Source of the DNA: Chiloscyllium plagiosum
Lineage: Eukaryota
Length of the DNA stretch: 64,000 nucleotides
NCBI RefSeq assembly: GCF_004010195.1
Contig: NC_057720.1
Location: 18,421,615 to 18,485,614, forward strand
Direction: 5' to 3'
In this document: one piece after another, positions 62,780 through 64,000 of the stretch
Position numbering within the stretch: the stretch's first letter is position 1
Layout of the letters: the number at the start of each line of letters is the position of its first letter
Position numbers and translations under genes: made by a program
The notes under the pieces: generated by a model
What the model was told of the DNA's origin: nothing
What the model saw: the letters and a program-made list of their open reading frames with translations, nothing else
Database searches by the model: none

Positions 62780-63616
62780 TTGAACCAGAATTGCATGCAA
62801 TATTCCAACAGTGGCCTTACCAATGTCCCGTACAGCTGCAACATGACCTCCCAACTCCTGTACTCAATACTCTGACCAATAAAGGAAAGCATACCAAACA
62901 CCTTCTTCACTATCCTATCTACCTGTGACTCCACTTTCAAGGAGCTATGAACCTGCACTCCAAGGTCTCTTTGTTCAGCAACGCTCCCTAGGACCTTACC
63001 ATTAAGTGTATACGTCCTGCTAAGATTTGCTTTCCCAAAATGCAGCACCTCGCATTTATCTGAATTAACCTCCACCTGCCACCTCTCCGTCCATTGACCC
63101 ATCTGGTCCAGATCCTGTTGTATTCTGAGGTAACCCTCTTCGCTGCCCCCTACACCTCCAATTTTGGTGTCACCTGCAACCTTACTAACTGTACCTCTTA
63201 TGCTTGCATCCAAATCATTTATTTAAATGACAAAAAGTAGAGGACCCAGCACCGATCCTTGTGGCACTCCACTGGTCACAGGCCTCCAGTCTGAAAAACA
63301 ACCCTCCACCACCACCCTCTGCTTTCTATCTTTGAGCCAGTTCTGTATCCGAATGGCTAGTTCTCCCTGTATTCCGTGAGATCTAACCTTGCTAATCAGT
63401 CTCCCATGGGGAACCTTGTCGAGCGCTTTGCTGAAGTCCACATAGATCACATCTACCGCTCTGTCCTCATCAGTCCTCTTTGTTACTTCCTCAAAAAGCT
63501 CAGTCAAGTTTGTGAGACATGATTTCCCATGCGTAAAACCATGTTGACTATCCCTAATCAGTCCTTGCCTTTCCAAATACATGTACATCGTGTCCCTCCG
63601 GGTTCCCTCCAACAAC
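62780..63616 (-). mobile_element. CR1 family A RT fragment
   Basis: ORFs 63223-63615 and 62707-63213 carry RT motifs. Confidence 0.93.
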
Positions 63617-64000
63617 GGGTGATTTCGTTGGAGGGGTGGGGTCTGAGGGTGGAGGTGCGGGATGTGGACGAGACTCCCTCAGACCCTACCCCTCCAACCA
63701 TAACAAGGACAGAACGCATCAGCTTCCACCCTACCAACCTTTGCATAAACGAAATCATCTGCCGACATTTCCGCCACCTCCAAAAAGACCCCACCACCAG
63801 GGATATATTTCCCCCCCCCACCCCTTTCTGCCTTCCGCAAAGACCGTTCCCTCCGTGACTACCTGGTCAGGTCCACGCCCCCCTACAACCCACCCTCCCA
63901 TCCTGGCACCTTCCCCTGCCACCGCAGGAACTGTAAATCCTACACCTCCTCCCTCACCTCTATCCAAGGCCCTAAAGGAGCCTTCCACATCCATCAAAGT
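63617..64000 (+). mobile_element. Penelope fragment with a short inverted 5' piece, running off the window
   Basis: FHPTNL.I..IICRHFRHLQKDPTTRDIF linker. The end matches the start of the PLE at 5880. Confidence 0.85.

Noticed and set aside
1..64000. CRISPR arrays, operons or prokaryotic defence systems
   Set aside because: The sequence is vertebrate, with spliced genes and LINEs/SINEs. No repeat-spacer array was seen.

Overview
Eukaryotic, repeat-dense vertebrate DNA. The repeat families (HE1-like V-SINEs, Deu-type SINE, HER1-like CR1 LINEs, Penelope elements) point to a shark or other cartilaginous fish (inference). Two host genes lie head-to-head about 30 kb apart. DIPK1A/FAM69A coding exon 1 is on the minus strand (18499-18564), and everything to its left is intron 1. 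MTF2/PCL2 is on the plus strand: a CpG promoter and exon 1 at about 48650-49033, then Tudor-domain exons at 56860-57087 and 58240-58321. MTF2 exon 2 has an apparent +1 frameshift in an A8 run. The rest is largely mobile DNA. It includes two fragmented near-full-length CR1 LINEs, L2-like and RTE relics, and a hAT transposase relic. It also includes a deleted env-bearing endogenous retrovirus nested in a MITE nested in a CR1, with a solo LTR of the same family. Many Penelope-type GIY-YIG fragments are present, and their terminal repeats carry minimal hammerhead-ribozyme motifs in three stem-II variants. Almost all ORFs in the supplied track are transposon fragments or spurious. Repeat boundaries are approximate, read by eye.
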